Below are positions 55,022 through 62,428 of a stretch of DNA of 64,000 nt, one piece after another. The position numbers and the translations under genes were made by a program. The DNA lies in the NCBI GenBank assembly GCA_035511075.1, contig DATKFW010000136.1:48539-112538 (forward strand). The letters are read 5' to 3'. The DNA is from Vulcanimicrobiaceae bacterium. GTDB lineage: Bacteria; Verrucomicrobiota; Verrucomicrobiia; Limisphaerales; Palsa-1400. How positions within the stretch are numbered: position 1 is the first letter of the stretch; each line of letters starts with the position of its first letter. The notes under the pieces are model-generated. The model was given only the letters and a program-made list of their open reading frames with translations, did no database searches and was not told the DNA's origin.

Positions 55022-56101
55022 TTAAAGTTGAAAATCCACCACGTTGACTGCCTGGTCGTACTCCACAAACCACTCTTGAACCTGCGTTGACGCTCCCTGA
55101 CTCGCTTGCAAATAGATCTCCTTTACACGTCCCATTCCGTCCAATCCGTAGTACCCTTCACTGTCGGTGAGCGCCCCTATTTCATGGTATTCCACGTCAG
55201 CCGCTCCGGGATCCACCGCGACTGTTGCGACCGAGAGCAGTGCGGAAGCGAGCAGAACACCGTCGCCTGCGTCGGCGTCCGCCGTGAGCGGAACGGCCGC
55301 CCCAACAGCCGTGGGATTGACGAACTGTACCGTCGTAGCCGCTCCCGCCAAATAACTTCGATTGAGCGCGTTACGCAGAAATACCTGGCCGGCTGCGCCG
55401 GCGGCTCCGGGTCCCAAATGATCGACCACGCCGTATTCCACCAACGTCAGGGAAACATTCGCAACCTGCACGATGGAACCAGCGGCCAGGCCGGTGCGTG
55501 TTGATAGATTCAAAACCGACGCGCCTCCGTTTGCGTCAGAAGTGAGCGTGGCCGATCCGGTGGAAGTCATCGTGACCTTCTGGACGGAAACCGGGAGAGC
55601 GTGGGGCGAATACAACGGCGAACGCAATGTCAGGACAAACGAGTTCGGCGGCGGAGTAGGATTGTTCACGCTCAAGACCGACGCCCCCTGGATCGGGGCG
55701 CCGGTAGTGTCGCTGACGACCCGCCCCTGAATGCGAACTGGCAGCCGGCGCATGACTACGGGCGGCACGACCACCGGAAATGTGGCGCTAGGAAGAATCG
55801 TCACTTGCACTGGAAGGTCTTGGAAACCGGGCGCGCTCAACACCAGATTGACCTCGTAAGTTGTCGGAGTGACTTGGGGAAACGACTGACCCCGATAACC
55901 GGTCACCGCGTACAGCCCGTTCTCGGTCGCGACGGCGCCCAAATCGTTCCGCGAAGTTTGAACCGCAAAACCCGGTGTATTGAAGTCCCCGAAAATCTCA
56001 TCGACGACGGTTCCAGTAATCAGCGCGCCAAACCACGTTCGGCCCGCCTCCACGACCGTGTAGGTTAGGCCATTCGCCTGGGTTTGAAATGGGGTCGTCA
56101 A
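55022..56101 (-). CDS. Hypothetical protein (359 aa) between cap and sheath genes
   Basis: Tightly spaced in the operon (21 and 33 nt). Thr/Val/Ala-rich and probably all-beta. The segment RRLPVRIQGRVVSDTTGAPIQGASV resembles carboxypeptidase-regulatory-like folds. No family recognised. Confidence 0.6.
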   Translation of the reverse strand: MTTPFQTQANGLTYTVVEAGRTWFGALITGTVVDEIFGDFNTPGFAVQTSRNDLGAVATENGLYAVTGYRGQSFPQVTPTTYEVNLVLSAPGFQDLPVQVTILPSATFPVVVPPVVMRRLPVRIQGRVVSDTTGAPIQGASVLSVNNPTPPPNSFVLTLRSPLYSPHALPVSVQKVTMTSTGSATLTSDANGGASVLNLSTRTGLAAGSIVQVANVSLTLVEYGVVDHLGPGAAGAAGQVFLRNALNRSYLAGAATTVQFVNPTAVGAAVPLTADADAGDGVLLASALLSVATVAVDPGAADVEYHEIGALTDSEGYYGLDGMGRVKEIYLQASQGASTQVQEWFVEYDQAVNVVDFQL

Positions 56102-56122
56102 GAGTTACTCCGCTTATTCCGA

Positions 56123-56713
56123 TCAGTTCACCGCCAGAATCTGCTCGTAGGCCATTTCTTTTTTTAAGACCGGGCTCGAATGGATGGGTTCGAGTTCGGA
56201 GTCGATCTTCACCACCTGGATGAGGTATGTCACCGACAATTGGTAGGGTTCACCCAACGCGTACCAAACCAGACTCAACTCTTCAAGCGTCAGCGCTTCC
56301 AGATTGACTCGAAGTTGATCCGTCTTACCTGTCAGGGACCCTTTGAGATCGGCCCCGCGCAAGATGGCGTGATCATTAAACACCTGGAGCACCTTGCCGA
56401 GCAGGACATGCCTGGTTTCCGGATGGGTGGTCATCGGCGTGATGAGATAATAGAGCAGAACCGGTAGAGGGAACCAGGCCACCTGGTCGGGCTTCTTGCG
56501 TTGCGGCGGGTCATTTAACATCTCCGCCATGCGGCTGACTTTGTATAACCAGACTGATACTCCAATCGTTTCCCCGGCTGCCTGCATTTCCTTGGGCGAG
56601 AGCAAATGGATCGCAACACCCTTGATGTGGGGGTCCGTGCTATTGGTGATGTTGTCTTGCAAGAGATCACGCAAGGTTTTGCTGACGGCGCCAATGACGG
56701 TGTAATCGCCCAT
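56123..56713 (-). CDS. DUF4255 / Pvc16_N-type protein (Cis16-like tail terminator/cap)
   Basis: I moved the start to MGDYTVIGAVSKTLRDLLQDNI (ATG at 56713). Pattern seen: VSVWLYKVSRMAEMLN...LPVLLYYLITPM...LGKVLQVFNDHAILRG...QLSVTYLIQVV. Confidence 0.85.
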   Translation of the reverse strand: MGDYTVIGAVSKTLRDLLQDNITNSTDPHIKGVAIHLLSPKEMQAAGETIGVSVWLYKVSRMAEMLNDPPQRKKPDQVAWFPLPVLLYYLITPMTTHPETRHVLLGKVLQVFNDHAILRGADLKGSLTGKTDQLRVNLEALTLEELSLVWYALGEPYQLSVTYLIQVVKIDSELEPIHSSPVLKKEMAYEQILAVN

Positions 56714-56809
56714 GTGAATTTCCTCATCAGGCTGCGTTTTTGAGCAGGCTCCGCACGACGGCTTCCAAGCCGTGTCTCTCACTGATTCCTATGTGGCAGA
56801 CGGGGCCGG

Positions 56810-57343
56810 CTACGCTGCCGCCTGAACCCAGCGCTTTTCAATCAGCACTCGCGGGCAGGACAAAGTCTCCAAAAGAATCGCCACGCGCTTATCGTCATCC
56901 AACTCTCGCTCCACCCTGGCCATCATTCCTTCGAACGGACCATCGAGGATTGAAATCAGGTCGCCTGGCTTTAATCCCGGACGGCGGATTCTGATCAGGC
57001 CGTCTTCTTCCACTCGCTCCTGAATTTCCCGGATGACCTGATCGTCCACGGGGATCGGATACCGCCCGGACCTGACCACTTGCAACACACCGTGTGAACA
57101 CTCCACCGATGTCAATACCAATTCCGGGCAGAACCGCGCGAAGAAATAACCCGAAAATAACGGCTCGCTGTTTTCGCCCACGCCTTGAGCCGCATCGTCG
57201 TCGACCTTGAGTTTGGGGAAAAAAACTTCCAGTCCCAGCGATCTAACATTGGTTGCGGCAAAACTTTCGCGCCGGGTCTTCGCCCGAATCGCAAACCAAC
57301 TACTCGTCTGCCAGAAATTCAAATGCCTGTTGGCACAATGCAT
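56810..57343 (-). CDS. NusG-family paralogue (RfaH/UpxY/LoaP-like operon-specific antiterminator candidate)
   Basis: 177 aa. NGN-like N-terminus: WFAIRAKTRRESFAATNVRSLGLEVFFPKL...PLFSGYFFARF. C-terminal KOW: KPGDLISILDGPFEGMMARVE. It is the first gene of the CIS operon. Confidence 0.8.
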   Translation of the reverse strand: MHCANRHLNFWQTSSWFAIRAKTRRESFAATNVRSLGLEVFFPKLKVDDDAAQGVGENSEPLFSGYFFARFCPELVLTSVECSHGVLQVVRSGRYPIPVDDQVIREIQERVEEDGLIRIRRPGLKPGDLISILDGPFEGMMARVERELDDDKRVAILLETLSCPRVLIEKRWVQAAA

Positions 57344-57439
57344 AAGTTATCCAATAATCCATCCACTCGAGAACCGCGGGTTGGCGAACCAGACCTCCCC
57401 CGCCTGCTGCTGTAAGTTGTCATGAGCCGGCTCGCCTAG

Positions 57440-57456
57440 AGCAGTCCAAGTGCCAA
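57440..57456 (-). promoter_or_regulatory. Candidate sigma-54 (-24/-12) promoter of the CIS operon
   Basis: The minus strand reads TTGGCACttggaCTGCT, with exact GG-N10-GC spacing. The -12 element is CTGC rather than TTGC. It lies about 97 nt upstream of the NusG-like start codon, and an enhancer-binding protein gene lies upstream. Confidence 0.5.
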
Positions 57457-57658
57457 GATGCTAATGCGCGATTTTCCAGCAATCTCACGCATCACCCGGA
57501 CAATTTTATCCTGGCATTTCAGGCGGCGCTGAATCGGAGGCATAATTGGCGGCGCTACTTGCGCTACGAAAAAAGTCACGGTGTTGCGAGAATTTATCAT
57601 GGCCGTAGGGAGATTTTTGAACTGAATGCCCGCGGCGAGAATTGGAGCTGCGGTTGCG

Positions 57659-57970
57659 CTATTGATCCCGCCGTTTGCGCGCGTTCCGGGCCTTTGCCAG
57701 ACCGGCGCGAATCGCCTGTTTCTGCTCCGGATTCAAGCGGTAATGAGTACGCCCATCCTTACTCGACCGGGCGATCACGAAATTCTTCCTGACTAGTTCA
57801 TCCAGCGCGGCCTCGACTTCCGCGAACCTGCGATGGCTGTTGCGAGCGCCCGCCACCCACCATTCGGCTATGCCTCGCGCGGTGTCCTGCGCGTCAGGAT
57901 TTCGAATGAGATACTTGAGAACTTCGTCACCCAAGGGGTGATCGGTAAGTCCATCGCCGCTAGTATTCAT
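57659..57970 (-). CDS. Small protein (103 aa), possibly winged-helix; candidate regulatory partner
   Basis: ORF preceded by GGAGG. DELVRKNFVIARSSKDGRTHYRLNP resembles a winged-helix wing, and the C-terminal tail is basic. It sits between the EBP gene and the operon. Confidence 0.5.
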   Translation of the reverse strand: MNTSGDGLTDHPLGDEVLKYLIRNPDAQDTARGIAEWWVAGARNSHRRFAEVEAALDELVRKNFVIARSSKDGRTHYRLNPEQKQAIRAGLAKARNARKRRDQ

Positions 57971-57987
57971 GCATAAGAACCTCCTTC

Positions 57988-58003
57988 AGCAACCTGTGTG
58001 CCG
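57988..58003 (-). promoter_or_regulatory. Second candidate sigma-54 (-24/-12) promoter
   Basis: The minus strand reads cGGCACacaggTTGCT, with exact spacing and a perfect -12. Caveat: the GC of the -12 element is only 19 nt from the ATG of the 103-aa ORF, so the predicted transcript would start downstream of the GGAGG Shine-Dalgarno sequence. Confidence 0.35.
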
Positions 58004-58124
58004 ACGCATCACCGCATTTTTTCGCCACAGCGCAAGCCGACGTGAACGGCAGACTCGGTTTGCTAAAGCCTGTGATCTAACCAACCAAATTTGTCCAGGT
58101 GATGCGAGGATTTGTCCCAGTGGT

Positions 58125-59153
58125 TCACGCGCGAGTAGGCGTAACCTGGCGCGCCGATATATGGTGCTTGCGCATAAGTTCCCAGAAAGCTCGCCGGTCC
58201 TTTCCCGCGGATCGCGCGGCTTTCGTTATGTTACCCTCGTGGACCAGGAGCAACCGTTGGACATAAGTTCGCTCAAACTGGTTAATGGCGCGTGCCTTCA
58301 GCCCTCGGAAGCTTTGGTCTTCCGGTTTGCCTTCGACCTCTTGCTGGCCGATGTCGCAGATGCGAATGACCGGCTCTCCGGCAAGGACAATGGTTCGCTG
58401 AATCACGTTCTCCAGTTCCCGCACATTGCCGGGCCAGGGGTGGAAGATCAATTGACGGAGAGCCTCGGGCGACAACTCGCGCGATTTGGCCCCGAACTTC
58501 TCCTGATATTTAACCAGAAAATGCTTGGCCAGCAGCACAATGTCGTCTTCCCGCTGGCGGAGGGGCGGCAGTCTTAAGATTACCACGTTGAGCCGATAGT
58601 AGAGATCCCTGCGGAATCGACCCGACTCAACGGCCAGACTCAGATCGGCGTTTGAGGCGGCAATGATACGAACATCGGCGGTGCAGAACCGTTCGGAACC
58701 CAGCGGACGGAATTGGCCGTCTTGAATGAAGCGAAGCAGTTTCACCTGGGCTAGGGCCGGAAGACAATCCACCTCATCCAGGAAGAGTGTGCCGCCATCC
58801 GCCTCCTTGAGCAGGCCCCGCCGGCAGGATGTGGCGCTGGTGTAGGCGCCGGACTCATGGCCAAAGAACTCATTTTCCAGGAGATCAACCGGGATGGCGC
58901 CGCAGTTCACGGGAACGAACGGCTTGGATGCCCGCGCGCTTGAATAATGAATTGCCCGGGCAAACACCTCCTTGCCCGTGCCGGTTTCCCCGAGAATCAA
59001 AACACAAACATCGTAGCGGGCGATCGCGGGTATTTGAGCGGTCAATGCTACAATGGCCGGGCTCTCACCGATGACCTGCCCCAACCCCGCCGCGGCGCGG
59101 ACCGGGGTGCCCGTCGAGCCTCTCTCATCGAATGGAATCCTGAGATGATCCAC
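58125..59153 (-). CDS. Sigma-54-dependent enhancer-binding protein without sensory domain (AAA+ core plus Fis-type HTH)
   Basis: 342 aa. Walker A ILGETGTGKE, GAFTGA-loop variant ESGAYTSA, Walker B GGTLFLDEVD, RFRRDLYYRL, WPGNVRELEN, and C-terminal HTH GNITKAARSAGKDRRAFWELMRKH. The AAA+ core begins about residue 27. Confidence 0.9.
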   Translation of the reverse strand: MDHLRIPFDERGSTGTPVRAAAGLGQVIGESPAIVALTAQIPAIARYDVCVLILGETGTGKEVFARAIHYSSARASKPFVPVNCGAIPVDLLENEFFGHESGAYTSATSCRRGLLKEADGGTLFLDEVDCLPALAQVKLLRFIQDGQFRPLGSERFCTADVRIIAASNADLSLAVESGRFRRDLYYRLNVVILRLPPLRQREDDIVLLAKHFLVKYQEKFGAKSRELSPEALRQLIFHPWPGNVRELENVIQRTIVLAGEPVIRICDIGQQEVEGKPEDQSFRGLKARAINQFERTYVQRLLLVHEGNITKAARSAGKDRRAFWELMRKHHISARQVTPTRA

Positions 59154-59272
59154 GTCGTTTTTTGTCCATCTTCCCGATTTTCCAAATCACTGCAAGCACT
59201 TTTGTTGGCGCTCTTGCCGGTGGCACAGTGCACGGTTCCGGGTCTTGAGAATTGACTCGCGGGCCGATAGGC

Positions 59273-59335
59273 AACGGGCGACATATCAGCCGGGTATTGC
59301 AAGTTTAGGTCAGTGGTAGAGCAACGGTTTTGTAA
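59273..59335 (+). repeat. Duplicated copy of the tRNA-Thr leader plus 5' half (ends in the anticodon loop)
   Basis: Matches 60338..60400 at 60 of 63 nt. It covers 26 nt of upstream leader and tRNA positions 1-37 (gcaagtttaggtcagtggtagagcaacggttttgtaa). The mismatches hit the acceptor and D stems. Similarity stops right after the anticodon-loop TTTGTAA. Confidence 0.85.
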
Positions 59336-59390
59336 TTCTCGGGGAATTGAATTCTTGGCGAAGACCCGCAAATAGTGGAGGTTCCATGGC

Positions 59391-59666
59391 ATGAAGACAT
59401 TGACTGTGGAAGAAGCCACCCCGGGCTTGGGCCGATTGGTGGAATTGGCGCTGGCGGGCGAGCAAATCCAAATCCGGAAAGGAAGCGGAATCGTGGAATT
59501 GCGGCCCACCCAAGCGCCCAAACACGCGGTCGATGAGACTTTGGCGACGCGAGACGCACTGCGGCTGCTGCAAGAGGACGCCCGGATGACCCGACAGCAA
59601 GCGGAACGCTACCTGAGCGAACTGCGAGAGGAACGATTGGCGGCCCAGTACCGGCGTCCGGCATGA
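59391..59666 (+). CDS. Phd/YefM-like type II antitoxin
   Basis: 91 aa. MKTLTVEEATPGLGRLVELALAGEQIQIRKGSGIVELRP is a typical antitoxin N-terminus. ATGA overlap with a PIN-like ORF start. Confidence 0.65.
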   Translation: MKTLTVEEATPGLGRLVELALAGEQIQIRKGSGIVELRPTQAPKHAVDETLATRDALRLLQEDARMTRQQAERYLSELREERLAAQYRRPA

Positions 59667-59745
59667 TCCACCTCGATGCGAATTACTTAATTGGATTGCT
59701 TGTTAAGGGTTCGCAAGAATCGGGCGATGTGGATGCCTGCAGCCT
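59663..59745 (+). pseudogene. Truncated PIN-domain (VapC-like) toxin remnant
   Basis: MIHLDANYLIGLLVKGSQESGDVDA resembles the first strand and helix of a PIN domain, including the conserved Asp. The rest of the tracked 98-aa ORF is a read-through antisense to the cupin gene, with no PIN motifs. Confidence 0.45.
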
Positions 59746-59753
59746 AATCCGCG

Positions 59754-60113
59754 TCACAAAGACTTCGCATAATCAATCATGCCTTGAAAATCAACCACGA
59801 CAGCCGCTTCGTTGCCCACGACCCAGGCATCGTGTCCGGACGGTAACAGCGAAACGTCGCCCGCCTTGCAGTCGAACTCCGTGCCGTCGTCCATGCGAAC
59901 CCGCAACACGCCGGAAACGTGATACTGAAAATGGGGCGCGTCGCAACTCCTGGTCTTGACAATTGGCTTAATCGAATTGGCCCAACGCCAGCCCGGTTCG
60001 AAGATCGCGCGACCCACCGTCGCGCCGCCAACCTTGATCAACTCCAACCTGCCATTGGGAAACTCCCGGATTTCGTCCGGTTTTTGAAAGCTCTTTAACT
60101 CTGCTTTTTTCAT
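59754..60113 (-). CDS. Cupin-domain protein (119 aa)
   Basis: GGATVGRAIFEPGWRW...HFQYHVSGVLRVRMDDGTEFDCKAGDVSLLPSGHDAWVVG is a two-motif cupin pattern. Confidence 0.75.
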   Translation of the reverse strand: MKKAELKSFQKPDEIREFPNGRLELIKVGGATVGRAIFEPGWRWANSIKPIVKTRSCDAPHFQYHVSGVLRVRMDDGTEFDCKAGDVSLLPSGHDAWVVGNEAAVVVDFQGMIDYAKSL

Positions 60114-60363
60114 AGATTTCCTTTCGCTGTTTTGTAGCGCGCCTGCAAGAAAGTCTCGCAGTCTGGCTCTCGCGCCAGATTATCCAAACCGCAAAACTCT
60201 GTCCAGCATTTGGGCTGACGTGGTCTTGCGAATCCGCTTATTATTGAAAACGACTCGCCGATCCCTCGTCCAAGCCCCGATTCAACTCGGATAGCCTGTT
60301 TGTCGGGGCCTGAAAATTGCCTTGCGGCTGGGCCAGGAACGGGCGACATATTAGCCGGGTATT

Positions 60364-60438
60364 GCCAGTTTAGCTCAGTGGTAGAGCAACGGTTTTGTAA
60401 ACCGTCGGTCGCCGGTTCGAGCCCGGCAACTGGCTCCA
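60364..60438 (+). tRNA. tRNA-Thr (anticodon UGU), CCA encoded
   Basis: Folded by hand. Acceptor GCCAGTT/AACTGGC, D stem GCTC/GAGC, anticodon stem ACGGT/ACCGT with loop TTTGTAA (anticodon TGT), variable loop CGGTC, T stem GCCGG/CCGGC with loop TTCGAGC, discriminator T, then CCA. Confidence 0.93.
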
Positions 60439-60802
60439 GCCTCCGTAAAATGCTTGCGAATGGTTTAATCGCAGACATGAAGAGCGGAGGCTGCGCGCCA
60501 TAGCTCCGCCTTGTGAAGCGACGGCGGGCTTCAATCATGAACCACTTCCATTCCGTTTATGTCCTGCAATCGCCTCCGCGCTCCGCACTGCGAAATTGCT
60601 TGCAAATCCGGGCGGTGGGAAGACACTCACGAGAACCGACAATAAACAGTTCATTTACACCGTGAACAACAAATTGAATGGGAAATCCCGGTGGATATGG
60701 TCGCGCCATGCTGGGTGAGACTAAAAGCCGCTTCGCCCTCACCGGCGAAGCGCTGAGTGGGTGCGGGGCGCAAGAGTAAATTCCTACCAATCACTTCCAT
60801 CC

Positions 60803-61279
60803 ATGCCAGCCTTCGGGCCACGTCTGATTGCCTATGGCTTAATAGCTCTGTTCTGTATTCCGGGTCCGCTCGGCTTGCTCATCGCTCTCGACTTGACCCT
60901 GCATCGCGCGGCGTTCATTCACGCTGCCCTTCGCGCGGATGGCACAGTGATCGAGATGCGGCCGGTGCGAACCACCCGAACCGGGGCCGGCACTTATATT
61001 CCTGTGTTTCGCTTTACGGCGAACGACAGCCGACTGCATATCATCGTCTCAGACGTTTCTGTGCGACCCTCCGCGTTCAAACGAGGCGAGCAAGTTCCCG
61101 TCCTTTACCTGCAGAGCAATCCCGAAATCGCGCACATCGATTCGTTCTCAACGCTCTGGCAAGGCCCACTGGTCGTCGGCATCTGGGGGGTCGTCTGGCT
61201 TGGCGTTCCCGCGCTTATCTTAGTGAGTCGCATGCGGCAACGAGCGTCCAACGGCCTCGCGTTACGTGTCGAATCGTGA
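60803..61279 (+). CDS. DUF3592-like membrane protein
   Basis: I moved the start to MPAFGPRLIAYGLIALF. N- and C-terminal TM helices flank a beta-rich core (DGTVIEMRPV...YIPVFRFTANDSRLHIIVSDVSVRPSAFKRGEQVPVLYLQSNPEIAHI). Confidence 0.6.
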   Translation: MPAFGPRLIAYGLIALFCIPGPLGLLIALDLTLHRAAFIHAALRADGTVIEMRPVRTTRTGAGTYIPVFRFTANDSRLHIIVSDVSVRPSAFKRGEQVPVLYLQSNPEIAHIDSFSTLWQGPLVVGIWGVVWLGVPALILVSRMRQRASNGLALRVES

Positions 61280-61446
61280 TGTTGTAGCTGGAGTGTTCGG
61301 TGAGCGGGCCGAGATTTCGCTGAATCGGCCGTGGACGCTGTTAGTGAAAATACCGGGCGGGGAGATGTTTTGATGTAACGAAAGAGCGGACCGGCCCGTA
61401 TTCTCTAGTGAAGCGGGCAGAGAGACGGCCTGCAAAATGAGATGAT

Positions 61447-62427
61447 TTGAAAGGCAACCTTATGATGAAACGAATTCTTCTGATTCCGGCCGTGACGTTC
61501 TGCGTGTGGACCGCGAACGCGGCGCCGCTCAAACGCGCGGATGTGGCCGCCGATCCGGCGCTGGTCCTCCATGTCGATTTTGATGGATTGCGAGCCACGA
61601 GCATCGGGAAGGCCATCCTGGCCCAGATGAATCAGCCTGATATCGATACGAAACTGACGGCGCTCCAGGCCATTTTCAGCTTCGACCCGCGAACGCAGTT
61701 GCACGGCGCCACAGTGTATGCGACGGCGGAAACGCCGCCGGAGGGGGTGCTTATCGTTTATGCGGAGTTCGATTCAAATCGAGTGCTGAGCCTGGGGAAG
61801 CTGGCGCCCGGGTTTGAGACAATTACGAATGGCTCGCATCTTATCCACACCTGGCTCAATGGGAAGGAAAAGGGGACAAACGGCGAGTCTTCCCACGTTT
61901 ACGCGGCGATCGCGGACAATCGCCTCATCCTTGGGAAGGCGGAGGCTCCGGTGGCCGCGGCGCTGGATGTGCTGGACGGCGCCGCGCCGAGCCTGGCGGC
62001 GGACAAGTCGTTGCCGGAGTTGGGGGCGGGGGCCCGGGGCAACGTGATCCAGGCGGTGGTGCGCAAGTTCGATTTCGGCAGCAGGGACCCGAATGCGGCG
62101 ATTTTTAAGATGTCCAAGATCGTTCGGTTCGAGGCGGGCGAAACAGCGGACAACCTGATGGCCACGCTAAGTTTCGAGGCCAAGGATGAGGACACCGCGA
62201 CGCAGATTTCGGCCATTGCGCAGGGACTTGTGGCGCTGCTGAAACTGCAGCAGGGGAATCCGGATATTTTGAAGATTGCCAATGCGGTGGCCCTTCACCA
62301 GGATGGGGCCACTGTGACCGCGACGGCTTCAATCGCCAGCAAGGAAGTGGTGGAAGTGATCAACACCAAAGTAGAGGAAGCGGAACAGAAACATTCCCGC
62401 GAGACCAATTCGGCCTCGGCCCAATAA
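61447..62427 (+). CDS. Secreted hypothetical protein (signal peptide)
   Basis: 326 aa with N-terminus MMKRILLIPAVTFCVWTANAAP. No family recognised. Its stop is 1 nt before the ECF sigma start. The true start may be one of the Met codons at 61462-61465. Confidence 0.6.
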   Translation: MKGNLMMKRILLIPAVTFCVWTANAAPLKRADVAADPALVLHVDFDGLRATSIGKAILAQMNQPDIDTKLTALQAIFSFDPRTQLHGATVYATAETPPEGVLIVYAEFDSNRVLSLGKLAPGFETITNGSHLIHTWLNGKEKGTNGESSHVYAAIADNRLILGKAEAPVAAALDVLDGAAPSLAADKSLPELGAGARGNVIQAVVRKFDFGSRDPNAAIFKMSKIVRFEAGETADNLMATLSFEAKDEDTATQISAIAQGLVALLKLQQGNPDILKIANAVALHQDGATVTATASIASKEVVEVINTKVEEAEQKHSRETNSASAQ

Positions 62428-62428
62428 G

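Noticed and set aside
23138-57343. Interpretation as a prophage, tailocin or canonical T6SS
   Set aside because: There are no capsid, portal, terminase, holin, endolysin or integrase genes in the window. There are no TssJLM membrane-complex or ClpV-type genes. The presence of DUF4255, a Cis15-type double AAA+ ATPase and DUF4157 proteins favours the eCIS class. A membrane-anchored or cytoplasmic mode cannot be excluded from sequence.
57329-57346. Plus-strand TTGGCACaatgcATAAG, considered as a sigma-54 promoter
   Set aside because: It is on the wrong strand for all neighbouring genes, lacks a -12 GC at the right spacing, and overlaps the NusG-like start codon.
59746-59959. Remainder of the 98-aa ORF at 59663..59959, considered as a full-length toxin
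   Set aside because: PIN-like similarity ends after about 27 residues. The rest is antisense to the cupin gene and is Arg/Pro-rich.
60439-60500. Hairpin AGCCTCCG...CGGAGGCT after the tRNA, considered as a terminator
   Set aside because: The loop is about 37 nt and no T-tract follows, so it is not a convincing intrinsic terminator.
60110-60538. 142-aa minus-strand ORF
   Set aside because: It overlaps the tRNA-Thr gene and its leader, and has no motifs.
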